Positions 1 to 9,564 of a stretch of 64,000 nt of DNA are shown piece by piece (position 1 is the stretch's first letter; every line of letters begins with the position of its first letter). This DNA comes from Omnitrophica bacterium GWA2_41_15 (GTDB taxonomy: Bacteria; Omnitrophota; Gorgyraeia; Gygaellales; Profunditerraquicolaceae): assembly GCA_919901915.1 (NCBI GenBank), contig CAKKQB010000028.1:38499-102498 (forward strand), given 5' to 3'. Position numbers and translations under genes: made by a program. The notes beneath the pieces were generated by a model, which was given only the letters and a program-made list of their open reading frames with translations, searched no databases and was not told the origin of the DNA.

Positions 1-413
1 GCCGGATATAAAAATTCTTCCACTACCTTAGAGAGCCGATGTATTTCATCAATAAAAAGAATATCCCCTTTTTCTAAATTCGTTAATATGCCGATAAGGT
101 CCCCAGCGCGCTCAATTGCCGGGCCAGAAGTAGCAGTAATCTTTGAACCCATTTCATGAGCAACGATATGCGCGAGCGAAGTTTTACCTAATCCGGGCGG
201 ACCGCTTAAAAGCAGATGATCAAGAGGCTCTTTTCTTTGTTTTGCCGCCTGCGCTGAAATCTTTAAATTATCCACTATCTCCTTATGGCCTATAAACTCG
301 ATAAGTTTTTTCGGCCTTAAAGAAATATTTAAAACTACATCTTCTTCAGATTCTTTAACGTCAGCCACAATATGACTGCTCTTTAAAAGTGCCTGCCTCG
401 TATCTTCTTTCAT
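1..413 (-). CDS. ruvB: Holliday junction branch migration helicase RuvB, 5' part (runs off the window)
   Basis: Manual translation from ATG at 413: ...[13 protein letters not shown]...[18 protein letters not shown]...[12 protein letters not shown]...[10 protein letters not shown] (Walker A/B). Not in the ORF track. Confidence 0.97.
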   Translation of the reverse strand, partial: MKEDTRQALLKSSHIVADVKESEEDVVLNISLRPKKLIEFIGHKEIVDNLKISAQAAKQRKEPLDHLLLSGPPGLGKTSLAHIVAHEMGSKITATSGPAIERAGDLIGILTNLEKGDILFIDEIHRLSKVVEEFLYP

Positions 414-440
414 AATACTATTTTTGTGTCGTTCCAAGTC

Positions 441-661
441 CACTGTCAAGGTCTGACCCCATCTTCTAAAATGTCATTCCCGCGAAAGCGGGAATCCAGA
501 ACAAGAATCTGGGAAAAAGGTGACTGTCACGCCTTTTATGACTGTCACCTTTTTTTCGCCCCGAATTATCATTCGAATTACCATTAAGGCAGACACATAG
601 GTCTGCCCCTACGGTTTCCCCGGAATTCTCCAGTAGAGACGAGGCACTGCCTCGTCTCTAC
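441..661. repeat. Cluster of five different short palindromic/repeat elements
   Basis: ACTGTCAAGGTCTGACCCCAT (~442-462, again at ~30023); GTCATTCCCGCGAAAGCGGGAATCCAG (473-499); AAAGGTGACTGTCAC..TGACTGTCACCTTT element (505-556); GGCAGACACATAGGTCTGCCCCTAC (588-612); GTAGAGACGAGGCACTGCCTCGTCTCTAC (633-661). Confidence 0.9.
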
Positions 662-675
662 ACGACAGGGGCAAA

Positions 676-3123
676 CTAACTATTACAACCGAAAAAAATG
701 GCTTTATTATCAGTCGGTTCAACCTCTATTTTTGCGACAAAACCCCCATAATAGCTAATAGACCTAGAGACACTCCCACTCCAAGAGGAAAAAAGTTTCC
801 AATTACTTTTACTATTATTATCGCTACTGGTGAAACGGCTATTAGACACACCCCCAACATAGACATTATTACTATATACGGCCAGAGCAGTAACTTGATC
901 ATAGCCCGTATCACCTAACCATCGGAGCCATTTAATTGTAGGCATGGGGCTAGAAGATGTAGCGTCATCAATAATTTTCATAACGAATCCTTCATCAGTT
1001 ATGCCGCTATTAGTACCATTAAACTTTGTATTTCCACACCCCTCTTTACCGGTATTAAAATTAAGATAATTTTTAGACACCCCCCCAACATAGATATTTT
1101 TACCTTTCACAGATAAAGCGTTAACCCGGTCATCCCCATCTCCGCCTAACCACAACATCCAGCTTAAAGTAGGTTTGCCAACAGAATCCTCAATGATTTT
1201 CGCGACGAATCCTTCATCTTTTCTAGTAGGGCAAACCATACAAAAAAACCCCCCCCCAACATAGATATTTTTACCGCTCACAACCAAAGCAGTAACTTGA
1301 TCATAAGAACCTGTCCCATAGACACCTGTTTTGGCTAACCATTGACCCCACTTTAAAACAGGATTACCAGTCTCATCAGAAATTTTTATAACAAATCCAT
1401 CGCTATGGTCTTCTCTCTTCTTATCATCAAGTCCGGGTATTCCCCAGCCAACTGTACTAACAGACCGCCCCCCAACATAGATATCGCTACCATTCACAGC
1501 CAGAGCAAAAACTCGATCCTCACTATTTCCGCCTAACCATTGACCCCACTTTAAAACAGGCTTACCAGTCTCATCAGAAATTTTTATAACGAATCCATTA
1601 GGAAAAATACTCCACCCATCAGAGAGCCCGGTTATCGTCGACCAGCCAGTGCTTGACCCACAACCCCCCGCAACGTAGATATTAGTACCGCTCACAGCCA
1701 AAGCAGTAACTCGATCCTGCCCCATATCTCCTAACCATTGTCCCCACGCTATATCACCCTTAGTAGATTTATCAACAATCTTTATAACGAATCTCCTTAT
1801 ACCTGTACAACTGATATCTTTCCAATTATTGGCAATGGGCGTTGTTGACCAATTAGTTGTAGCCTTGGATTCCCCCCCAGCATAGATACTACTACCGTTC
1901 ACAACCAAATTAGTAACTCGATCAAAACTCGTTGCTCCGCCGTCTAAAAATTTACTCCACTTTCTACAAGCTTTACTAGTAGAAGAATCATAGCCGATTT
2001 TCATAACGAATCCGTTCGTACCTGTGTTACGGGCATCGGTAGTGGATGTCACAAAATTACTATTAGAATACGCCCCCCCAACGTAAATATTACTACCATT
2101 CACAGCCAGAGCAAAAACTCGATCCTCCTTATCGCTTATATCTAACCAAAAACCCCAAGCTAATGAAACAACGCTTGGATCAATAAGCAAAGGGTAATTG
2201 GAAAGAGGTTCTTTGATAGAGATAACTAAAGTATCTTGACCAATAATAGTGTAAGAAGCAGTTTTCTTACAACGATCACGTTTTGCAGTAGAGACGAGGC
2301 ATTGCCTCGTCTCTGCATTTGTCCAATAAACAAGAGGTTCTAAAGTAGCAAGAAGTTTTTCATCGCCAAAGCTTACATCACGTTTTAAGGCTTTACGCAC
2401 AGCATCCATTACGCAAGCGCGTTTTTTAGGGTCGGAATTATCTATGCCGGAAATCTTCATCGTTCTATAAATATTAACACTGCCGTTAGACTGTTGCTTA
2501 AGGGTTATGCTCGCGCCGGCATCAGCGGAGAACTTCCAGGTGTATTGGCTTAAATTATCAGGATGGTTAAAAGCCGTAGCTTGAATCCACTCTTTTAATC
2601 CTGCGCCGGAAGAAGATTGGGAAGCAAAATAAATAATAGTATCGGTTGACCGTTGATAAACCTGCGCATGGCCAAACGATTTAGACCTTGCCGTAAACTG
2701 TTTAAAAAGAACAGAACCCTTATCTAACTCCATAGTGAACGAAACAGTATCTTGTCCGTTTTCTATCTGAAAACGTTTTTTGACGGTATCTGATTTAGCG
2801 TCAAAAATAACGCGCATTTTTGCTTGACCCTGACGGTTGCCAAAGCCTTCGTCATTCCGGCGCAAGCCGGAATCCAGTCTGGGCTCTTGCATAGTAAATG
2901 TTACGGCATCAGGGCTAGTTTGAAATTGCGGTTTGCCAACAGATGGCTCTGGCGCGAGTTTAGATATTTGTTTAAGTATTCCTGCAACCATAGACAACTC
3001 TTGAGCTGTCGGACCGGGGATAGCCGCAAAAGTATTACTGCCTAAAAACCCCTCAAAAGGAAACAGGGTAAATGCCCATAAAACAACTAAACTAATTATT
3101 GATCTATATTTTCGCATTATCAT
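676..3123 (-). CDS. Secreted beta-propeller repeat protein (SBBP-like), paralog 1, C-terminus AIFFGCNS
   Basis: N-terminal signal peptide; N-domain ending YPLLIDP; 7 repeats of WGQWLG..D.V.ALAV.G.NIYVGG...GFVIKI; strong similarity to 30072..31691. Confidence 0.75.
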   Translation of the reverse strand: MIMRKYRSIISLVVLWAFTLFPFEGFLGSNTFAAIPGPTAQELSMVAGILKQISKLAPEPSVGKPQFQTSPDAVTFTMQEPRLDSGLRRNDEGFGNRQGQAKMRVIFDAKSDTVKKRFQIENGQDTVSFTMELDKGSVLFKQFTARSKSFGHAQVYQRSTDTIIYFASQSSSGAGLKEWIQATAFNHPDNLSQYTWKFSADAGASITLKQQSNGSVNIYRTMKISGIDNSDPKKRACVMDAVRKALKRDVSFGDEKLLATLEPLVYWTNAETRQCLVSTAKRDRCKKTASYTIIGQDTLVISIKEPLSNYPLLIDPSVVSLAWGFWLDISDKEDRVFALAVNGSNIYVGGAYSNSNFVTSTTDARNTGTNGFVMKIGYDSSTSKACRKWSKFLDGGATSFDRVTNLVVNGSSIYAGGESKATTNWSTTPIANNWKDISCTGIRRFVIKIVDKSTKGDIAWGQWLGDMGQDRVTALAVSGTNIYVAGGCGSSTGWSTITGLSDGWSIFPNGFVIKISDETGKPVLKWGQWLGGNSEDRVFALAVNGSDIYVGGRSVSTVGWGIPGLDDKKREDHSDGFVIKISDETGNPVLKWGQWLAKTGVYGTGSYDQVTALVVSGKNIYVGGGFFCMVCPTRKDEGFVAKIIEDSVGKPTLSWMLWLGGDGDDRVNALSVKGKNIYVGGVSKNYLNFNTGKEGCGNTKFNGTNSGITDEGFVMKIIDDATSSSPMPTIKWLRWLGDTGYDQVTALAVYSNNVYVGGVSNSRFTSSDNNSKSNWKLFSSWSGSVSRSISYYGGFVAKIEVEPTDNKAIFFGCNS

Positions 3124-3147
3124 ATTTTACACATCCGTTATTTTCAG

Positions 3148-3196
3148 GAATCTGGGGGAAAAGGTGACTGTCACGCTCTTTGTGACTGTCACCTTT
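3148..3196. repeat. GGTGACTGTCAC double-palindrome element (copy of 505-556 and 41646-41686)
   Basis: GAATCTGGGGGAAAAGGTGACTGTCACGCTCTTTGTGACTGTCACCTTT. Confidence 0.9.
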
Positions 3197-3211
3197 CTTT
3201 CAAAACCGCAA

Positions 3212-3952
3212 CTACCCCATTGCCACGGGAACAATATTTTCTTTATTGCGTGAAATTTCTATCTCACCGAACAAATTAGGCTGCATAGCAACTACCTCTT
3301 TCATCCTAATCAGCTCCAATATCGCCAGAAAAGTCACAATTATTTCTATTTTATTTTTTGCCTTAATAAATAAATCGGAAAGTTTTACCGAGGGCTCTAC
3401 CAATAAAAAATGCAGGAGATAGTGAATCTTTTCCTCAACAGTAAACTCATCTTTTATTACTTCATAAAATACATCTTTGGGAACATTCTTTAATGCCGCG
3501 GTAAAGGCGCTTATTAAATCAAATATACTTGCCTCAAAATACACCTCTTTCTGCGTAACTAATTCTTTATCCAGGTCGATCTTGGGCCGTTTAAAAATCT
3601 CGCGTTGATTATCTTCCCTTTCTCTTAAGGTCTGCGCTATCTGTTTAAACTTTTCATATTCTAATAACCGCTCTAGTAGCTCAGCGCGGGGGTCTCCTTC
3701 TTCCTCCCCTATACTTTCTTTTTGCGCGGGAAGAAGCATTTTGGATTTAATCTGCATCAGCGTAGCCGCCATTACCAAAAATTCTCCGGCAATATTTGGG
3801 TCTAAAAGCTTCATTAAATCTAAATACTCGAGATACTGCTGAGTAACCTGGGCTATAGGTATATCATAAATATTAAGATGATCTTTTTTTACCAAATATA
3901 AAAGCAAATCCAGCGGGCCTTCGAAAAGTTCTAATTTTATTTTATAATTCAT
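3212..3952 (-). CDS. scpA: Segregation/condensation protein A (start trimmed to MNYKIKLE)
   Basis: FEGPLDLLLYLV, EFLVMAATL..IKSKMLLP, VTFLAILEL motifs. Confidence 0.95.
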   Translation of the reverse strand: MNYKIKLELFEGPLDLLLYLVKKDHLNIYDIPIAQVTQQYLEYLDLMKLLDPNIAGEFLVMAATLMQIKSKMLLPAQKESIGEEEGDPRAELLERLLEYEKFKQIAQTLREREDNQREIFKRPKIDLDKELVTQKEVYFEASIFDLISAFTAALKNVPKDVFYEVIKDEFTVEEKIHYLLHFLLVEPSVKLSDLFIKAKNKIEIIVTFLAILELIRMKEVVAMQPNLFGEIEISRNKENIVPVAMG

Positions 3953-3959
3953 CTTTAAT

Positions 3960-4042
3960 ACACCGATACACACAGATAAAAGAACGGATAGACACGGATA
4001 AATCCGTGAAAATCCGTAAAAAAAATCCGCGTGAATCCGTGT
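3960..4042. repeat. Two-armed inverted ~9-mer array (CACGGATA.. / AATCCGTG..)
   Basis: CACCGATA-CACAGATA-AACGGATA-CACGGATA then AATCCGTG-AATCCGTA-AATCCGCG-AATCCGTG. Confidence 0.8.
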
Positions 4043-4050
4043 TAAAATTA

Positions 4051-5031
4051 TTACATCTTAATTAAACCTTTCACCTCATCCATCGTCTGAATGGCAATTG
4101 AGCGCGCTTTTTTCTCTCCATCCTCTAATATGCCCATAATCTCATCTTTATTTTTAAGCAATTCTTTTCTTTTATTCTGTACGGGCTCTAGAAAATTAAT
4201 CAGGCAATTTCCTAACTCTTTTTTACATTCGGCGCAGCCTATTTGGGCTTTTGGGCAGCCTTGCGCGACTTCCTTTTCTTTCTCAGGCGCGAATATCGCG
4301 TAGTAACTGCGCACATTGCACATCTCTGGATGCCCCGGGTCATTTCTCTTTATTCTTAAAGGATCGGTAAACATACCTTGCACCTTTTTGGTAATAATTT
4401 CCGGCTCTTCTGAAAGCGCGATATAGTTATTATAACTTTTACTCATCTTCCTGCCATCCAAGCCCAAGAGACGGTTTGATTTAGTCAAAAGCGCCTGAGG
4501 CGAGGGAAAAATATCTTTTTTATAGAGATTATTAAATTTTCTCGCGATCTCCCTAGTTAGCTCTAAATGCGGAAGCTGATCTTCGCCAACAGGAACTACC
4601 TCTGCTTTATAAAGCATGATATCTGCCGCCTGTAAAACCGGATAGCCCAAAAAACCATAAGTATGTAACTCACGGTTAGTTATTTCGCGCAATTGTTCTT
4701 TATAGGTCGGACATCTTTCGAGCAGGCCCAAAGGGGTAATTATAGAAAAAACTAAACTTAATTCTAAATGCTCTTTAATACGCGACTGAACAAAAATAAT
4801 TGATTTTTTAGGATCTATTCCGCAGGCAAGCCAATCAATTACATTATCAATAATATTTCCCTTTAAATTCCCGGGATTCTCATATTCCGACATAAACGCG
4901 TGCCAGTCTGCCGCCATAAACAAACACTCATATTCATCCTGTAATTTCCGCCAATTTTCTAACGCGCCAACTAAATGACCTAAATGCAACGGACCCGTAG
5001 GGCGCATACCGCTTAAAATACGTTTCTTCAT
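4051..5031 (-). CDS. trpS: Tryptophanyl-tRNA synthetase
   Basis: SGMRPTG.LHLGH, YPVLQAADI, VPVGEDQ, KMSKS. Confidence 0.98.
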   Translation of the reverse strand: MKKRILSGMRPTGPLHLGHLVGALENWRKLQDEYECLFMAADWHAFMSEYENPGNLKGNIIDNVIDWLACGIDPKKSIIFVQSRIKEHLELSLVFSIITPLGLLERCPTYKEQLREITNRELHTYGFLGYPVLQAADIMLYKAEVVPVGEDQLPHLELTREIARKFNNLYKKDIFPSPQALLTKSNRLLGLDGRKMSKSYNNYIALSEEPEIITKKVQGMFTDPLRIKRNDPGHPEMCNVRSYYAIFAPEKEKEVAQGCPKAQIGCAECKKELGNCLINFLEPVQNKRKELLKNKDEIMGILEDGEKKARSIAIQTMDEVKGLIKM

Positions 5032-5035
5032 ATTT

Positions 5036-5088
5036 GTTAGCCAGTTGTTAACCGGTTTGCCAGTTTGCCGGTTAGCCGGTTAACCGGC
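5036..5088. repeat. Tandem 8-mer array (RCCGGTTW family)
   Basis: ACCGGTTT GCCAGTTT GCCGGTTA GCCGGTTA ACCGGC. Confidence 0.8.
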
Positions 5089-5098
5089 AAATATATTT

Positions 5099-7462
5099 TT
5101 ATAATTTACGTGCTATTTTCTCAATCTCAAACGCCTCAATCACATCGCCTTCCAAAGTCTGATCAAATCCTGCCAGGCTTATTCCACATTCAAAATCAGC
5201 AAGGATTTCGCGCGCATCGTCTTTAAACCGCTTTAACGAAGAAAGCTTACCTTCAAAAACAACCTGCCCGTTCCTTACTAAATTAATCTGGCAATTCCGG
5301 GTAATCTTACCCTTAGTAACAAAGCAACCGGCAATTGTCCCCGCTTTTGATAATTTAAAAACCTTTCTTACTTCAGCGCTGCCTGAGAAAACCTTCTTTA
5401 TTTTAGGCTCCAACATTCCCTCTAACGCTGCTTTCAGCTCATTAACCAATTCGTAAATAATATTATAAATCTTTATCTCAATCCCCTCTTTAGCCGCCTG
5501 TTTTTTGGCTAAATCATCCGCGACAACATTAAATCCCATGATAAGAGCATTCGAAGCCACGGCTAATACCACATCAGAAGTATTTATATCACCCGCGCCA
5601 GCATGTATTATATTCAATTTGATTTCCGCGGTATCTATTTTACTAAAAGTTTCTTTTATCGCCTCGAGCGAACCCTGCACATCCGTCTTAATTATCAACT
5701 TTAATTCCTGAAGCTTTCCTTCCGCTATCTGAGCATGTAAATCCTCAAGATTAATCCTTTTTACCACCTGCATATGTTGCTGTTTTTCCTTTTCTAAACG
5801 CGTAACTGCTAATTCTTTTGCCTGATTCTCGTCCTCAATTACAAAAAATTGTTCACCTGCCTGTGGGATACCAGCTATGCCTAGAACCTCAACCGCGTAA
5901 GAAGGAGGCGCGGCAGTTATAGACAGGCCGCGATCATTAAGCATTGCCCTGATTTTACCATAAAATTTTCCTACGATAATATTCTCATTTAAACGCAGTG
6001 TGCCATTTTGCACGAGAAGAGTAGCAACAGGGCCTTTTGCCGGAGTAATCTTTGCTTCTATCACTACCCCGCAGGCGGGCCTTTTGGGATTACATCTTAA
6101 TTCTAACATCTGAGCTTCCAGAAGTATCATCTCAAGCAACGCATCTATCCCTTGGCCTGTCTTTGCTGATACCGGAACAATTATAGTTTTACCACCCCAA
6201 TCTTCAGCAGTAAGATCCATCCCCGCAAGCTGTTTTTTTACCCGGTCAATATCTGCCCCTTGTTTATCAACCTTATTCATAGCTACAATTATAGGCACGC
6301 CTGCCGCGCGGGCATGGTCAACTGCCTCCTGAGTCTGAGGCATTACACCATCATCCGCGGCCACCACCAAAACTACTATATCAGTAACACCTGCTCCGCG
6401 GCTACGCATAGCAGTAAAAGCTTCATGGCCAGGCGTATCCAGAAAAGTAACTTCACCGTGTTCTAAAATAACATGGTAAGCGCCAATATGCTGCGTGATA
6501 CCACCGTGCTCGGTATCCACAACCTTGCTCTTTCTTATAATGTCTAACAAAGAAGTCTTACCGTGATCGACATGCCCCATAAAAGTCACTACTGGAAATT
6601 TATGCCGCAAATCATCAGTTGAATCTTTTATTTCATGCGCGCGCAAAACTAACTCTTCTTTATTAAGGGCCTTCTTTATTTTATATCCGTATTTCTGACA
6701 AATTTTAACCACCACAGCTTCATCCAAAACCTGATTTATGTTTGCCATAACACCCATATTCATAAGGCTCTTCATAAAACCCGATAACTTCTCCTGCAAT
6801 TTTACAGCCAAATTTTTAACAATTACAGGAAACTCTAACTCAAGTTCTTTTAATTCAACCACAGGAGCCTCGACCTTAGCTTCGACCTTGACCTCAGGCT
6901 TTATCTCAACCTTAGCCTCAACCTTAGCCTCAACCTTTACTTCCTCAACCTTAGCCTCAGGTTTTATCTCAACCTTAGCCTCAACCTTAACCTCAGGCTT
7001 AGCCTCGACCTTAGCCTCAGTCTTTACTTCCTTAACCTCAGGCTTAGCCTCGACATTAGCCTCAACCTTAGTCTCAACCTCAGCCTTTACTTCCTTAGCC
7101 TCAACCTTAGTCTCAACCTCAGCCTTTACTTCCTTAGCCTCAACCTTAGTCTCAACCCTAACCTCCGTCTCAGCCTTAACCTTAGCCTCAGCCTTAGCTA
7201 CCTCAACCTTAGCCTTAGCCTTTATTTCCTTAGCCCTTATTTCCTTAGCCTCAACCTTTACTTCCTTAATCTCAGCCTTAATCTCAGCCTTTTTAACCGG
7301 TTTAGAAACAACTATCTTCTTAATTTTAGCCGCGGCATCAGCTTTAGGTTTGATTATTTTCTTAACAATCTTCTTAATCAAATTTATCTTCGGCGTTATT
7401 TTTTTAATCTTGCCCTTTTCTTCTTCCTTAGGAACTGTTTTTTCTTTCTTAATTTTTAGCAT
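5099..7462 (-). CDS. infB: Translation initiation factor IF-2 with low-complexity K/E/A/V N-terminus
   Basis: [47 protein letters not shown]. Confidence 0.98.
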   Translation of the reverse strand: MLKIKKEKTVPKEEEKGKIKKITPKINLIKKIVKKIIKPKADAAAKIKKIVVSKPVKKAEIKAEIKEVKVEAKEIRAKEIKAKAKVEVAKAEAKVKAETEVRVETKVEAKEVKAEVETKVEAKEVKAEVETKVEANVEAKPEVKEVKTEAKVEAKPEVKVEAKVEIKPEAKVEEVKVEAKVEAKVEIKPEVKVEAKVEAPVVELKELELEFPVIVKNLAVKLQEKLSGFMKSLMNMGVMANINQVLDEAVVVKICQKYGYKIKKALNKEELVLRAHEIKDSTDDLRHKFPVVTFMGHVDHGKTSLLDIIRKSKVVDTEHGGITQHIGAYHVILEHGEVTFLDTPGHEAFTAMRSRGAGVTDIVVLVVAADDGVMPQTQEAVDHARAAGVPIIVAMNKVDKQGADIDRVKKQLAGMDLTAEDWGGKTIIVPVSAKTGQGIDALLEMILLEAQMLELRCNPKRPACGVVIEAKITPAKGPVATLLVQNGTLRLNENIIVGKFYGKIRAMLNDRGLSITAAPPSYAVEVLGIAGIPQAGEQFFVIEDENQAKELAVTRLEKEKQQHMQVVKRINLEDLHAQIAEGKLQELKLIIKTDVQGSLEAIKETFSKIDTAEIKLNIIHAGAGDINTSDVVLAVASNALIMGFNVVADDLAKKQAAKEGIEIKIYNIIYELVNELKAALEGMLEPKIKKVFSGSAEVRKVFKLSKAGTIAGCFVTKGKITRNCQINLVRNGQVVFEGKLSSLKRFKDDAREILADFECGISLAGFDQTLEGDVIEAFEIEKIARKL
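6866..7290 (-). repeat. Coding tandem repeats (EAKV/KVEA units) in the IF-2 N-terminus
   Basis: Multiple CCTTAGCCTCAA-type 12-mers plus longer exact duplications. Confidence 0.9.
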
Positions 7463-7523
7463 AGTTATCCTTTTCTTGGTTCCTTCATGTTTAAAGTAAT
7501 AAGCATAGATCTAATTTACGTAA

Positions 7524-7616
7524 GTATCTGGGCGGGCAAGCCCGCCTCTACAGGTCGTTACATGACCCCTGTAAATCATCGTCGTCGCGTAGGGGCGGGC
7601 TTGCCCGCCCAGATAC
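7524..7616. repeat. Inverted GTAG-type REP doublet (REPIN-like)
   Basis: GTATCTGGGCGGGCAAGCCCGCCTCTAC (7524-7551) and GTAGGGGCGGGCTTGCCCGCCCAGATAC (7589-7616). Confidence 0.9.
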
Positions 7617-7747
7617 CATAGTCCCGACAGATTGTTGTTATAAACAAATTCTATCAATTTTTCTCTGACAATTGATGTTTTTTTATTTCCCCTTTCTCCC
7701 ATGCCTTTACACCAATTCTTCCACCCTTATTATGAAAGAACCATTTT

Positions 7748-8962
7748 TTAAACACCCAAACAAAGTTTCTTTGCTTCTTCTATCAACTTCTCCGCCTTCT
7801 TTTTCGCGATACCTTTGAGTTTTATTAAATCCTCTACTTTTGCTTCAGCAAGAGATTTCATCGAATTAAACCCTGCTTCCTTAAGGCTCGTAATAATCTT
7901 CTCCCCTGCTCCGGGTAGGTTTTCCAAAGCTGCTCCCTCTATTTCTTTAACTTCTTCTATTACTACTTCCTTTTCCAGCGCCTTCTCTTCTAATTTTGGC
8001 GCGACAGAACTTGCGGTTTCTTTTGTGCGAATATCCAACCCCCAGCCAATCAGTTTCGCGGCAAGCCTCACATTCTGCCCTTGCTTACCGATAGCAAGTG
8101 ACAACTGGTCTTGCGCCACAATAACCTCCGCCTTTAATTTTTCCTTATCTAATTTTATCTCGGAAACCTGCGCCGGAGAAAGCGCCGCCTTAATATACTC
8201 TTTGATATCATCACTAAAATATACAATATCAATTCTCTCTCCCTGCAATTCATTTACAATATTTCGGACACGGTTCCCGCGCATACCTACACAAGCGCCC
8301 ACTGGATCAACCTTTTCATTCTTTGATAAAACCGCGATTTTAGTGCGCTCCCCTGGCTGGCGCGTTATAGATTTTATCTCTACGATTCCTTCGTATATCT
8401 CGGGCACCTCCATTTCAAACAACTTTTTTACAAAATTAACGTGCGCGCGGGACAGAACAATCTGAGGCCCCTTAATTTCTTTTTTTACTTCCAAAATATA
8501 AGAACGTATGCGCTGGCCTTGCTTAAACTCTTCTTTAGGCGACTGTTCGTATTTAGACAGGACGCCTTCAGCCCTGCCTAAAAGATCAATAATAATATTC
8601 CCCTTTTCAAACCTATAAACCGTACCACTGACAATCTCGCCGGCCTTACTTTGAAACTCATTAAAAACAACATCCTTTTCTGCCTCTCTAATTTTCTGAA
8701 TTATTACCTGGCGCGCCGCGGAAGCCGCGATGCGGCCAAAGTCTAAAGAAGTAACTTCCTCTTTATTTCTAAAAACCCTGATCTTGCCGGTAACAGCTTC
8801 CAACTCCACTTTTAGCTCTTCATCGAATTTAATGCCAAGCGCTTTCCTGGCAGCGCTTAAGAGCGCGCTTTCTACCGCCTCAACAAGAATCTCTTTTTTT
8901 ATTCCTTTTTCTCTTTCCAACTGTTCAATTATAGCTAACAATTCCTGGCTCATTTTAAACAC
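7748..8962 (-). CDS. nusA: Transcription termination factor NusA (start may be 8953)
   Basis: FGRIAA..ARQVIIQKIREAE, S1/KH domains, DPVGACVG.RG.R, AIGKQGQNVRLA. Confidence 0.98.
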   Translation of the reverse strand: MFKMSQELLAIIEQLEREKGIKKEILVEAVESALLSAARKALGIKFDEELKVELEAVTGKIRVFRNKEEVTSLDFGRIAASAARQVIIQKIREAEKDVVFNEFQSKAGEIVSGTVYRFEKGNIIIDLLGRAEGVLSKYEQSPKEEFKQGQRIRSYILEVKKEIKGPQIVLSRAHVNFVKKLFEMEVPEIYEGIVEIKSITRQPGERTKIAVLSKNEKVDPVGACVGMRGNRVRNIVNELQGERIDIVYFSDDIKEYIKAALSPAQVSEIKLDKEKLKAEVIVAQDQLSLAIGKQGQNVRLAAKLIGWGLDIRTKETASSVAPKLEEKALEKEVVIEEVKEIEGAALENLPGAGEKIITSLKEAGFNSMKSLAEAKVEDLIKLKGIAKKKAEKLIEEAKKLCLGV

Positions 8963-8993
8963 CCCTTACTTTAATGCAAAAATCAAGACGTCG

Positions 8994-9066
8994 AGCGTAT
9001 AGCGCAGAGCGTATAGTGGATAGTAAAATCTAACCTATCCGCTAAACGCTATCCGCTAAACGCTAA
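8994..9066. repeat. Two-armed inverted heptamer array (AGCGKAT / CTAWMCG)
   Basis: AGCGTAT AGCGCAG AGCGTAT AGTGGAT AG ... CTATCCG CTAAACG CTATCCG CTAAACG. Confidence 0.9.
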
Positions 9067-9096
9067 AACATTCTTCTTTTGCTATTTGATTCTTTA

Positions 9097-9555
9097 TTAA
9101 ATAACCTGTTTTGCATTTATAATCTTGGACAATGGTATTTGTAATTCTTCTTCCAAAACCCTGATACACACGGTATTATCTTCCACGCGCAAAATTTGGC
9201 CAACCCACTCCTGCTTGTCATTTACACATTCATGAAGAAAAACTCTTACTCTTTTGTTTACGCAACGCGAAAAATCATTTTTCGTTTTAAGCGGCCTATC
9301 CAGGCCAGGCGAAGATACTTCTAAAACACATCCTTCCCCTAAAATACCTTTTTCTTCTAAGATCCTACCGACATTACTATTAAGAAAAGCGCAATCATCT
9401 AAATTTATGCCGCCTTGCTGCCTATCTGCCAAAATCTTTAAAAACAGGCCTCTTCCTTCATATCTATAAATAAGGTCTACTAAATCAAACCCTTGATTTT
9501 TTAAATAATCTCCAATTAACCTCTCTAATTCATCAATATTTTCCCGCTTATCCAT
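9097..9555 (-). CDS. rimP: Ribosome maturation factor RimP
   Basis: GINLDDC, LEVSSPGLDRPL; upstream of nusA. Confidence 0.95.
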   Translation of the reverse strand: MDKRENIDELERLIGDYLKNQGFDLVDLIYRYEGRGLFLKILADRQQGGINLDDCAFLNSNVGRILEEKGILGEGCVLEVSSPGLDRPLKTKNDFSRCVNKRVRVFLHECVNDKQEWVGQILRVEDNTVCIRVLEEELQIPLSKIINAKQVI

Positions 9556-9564
9556 TTTCTTGTG

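Noticed and set aside
6738-7499. 253-aa plus-strand ORF rich in STLA repeats
   Set aside because: Antisense shadow of the EAKV repeats in infB. The other short antisense ORFs in the track are rejected for the same reason.
7511-7702. Small ORFs over repeat clusters (also 20690-20962, 32187-32570, 39759-39989, 29176-29382)
   Set aside because: They largely translate REP, MITE or heptamer DNA and have no recognisable domain.
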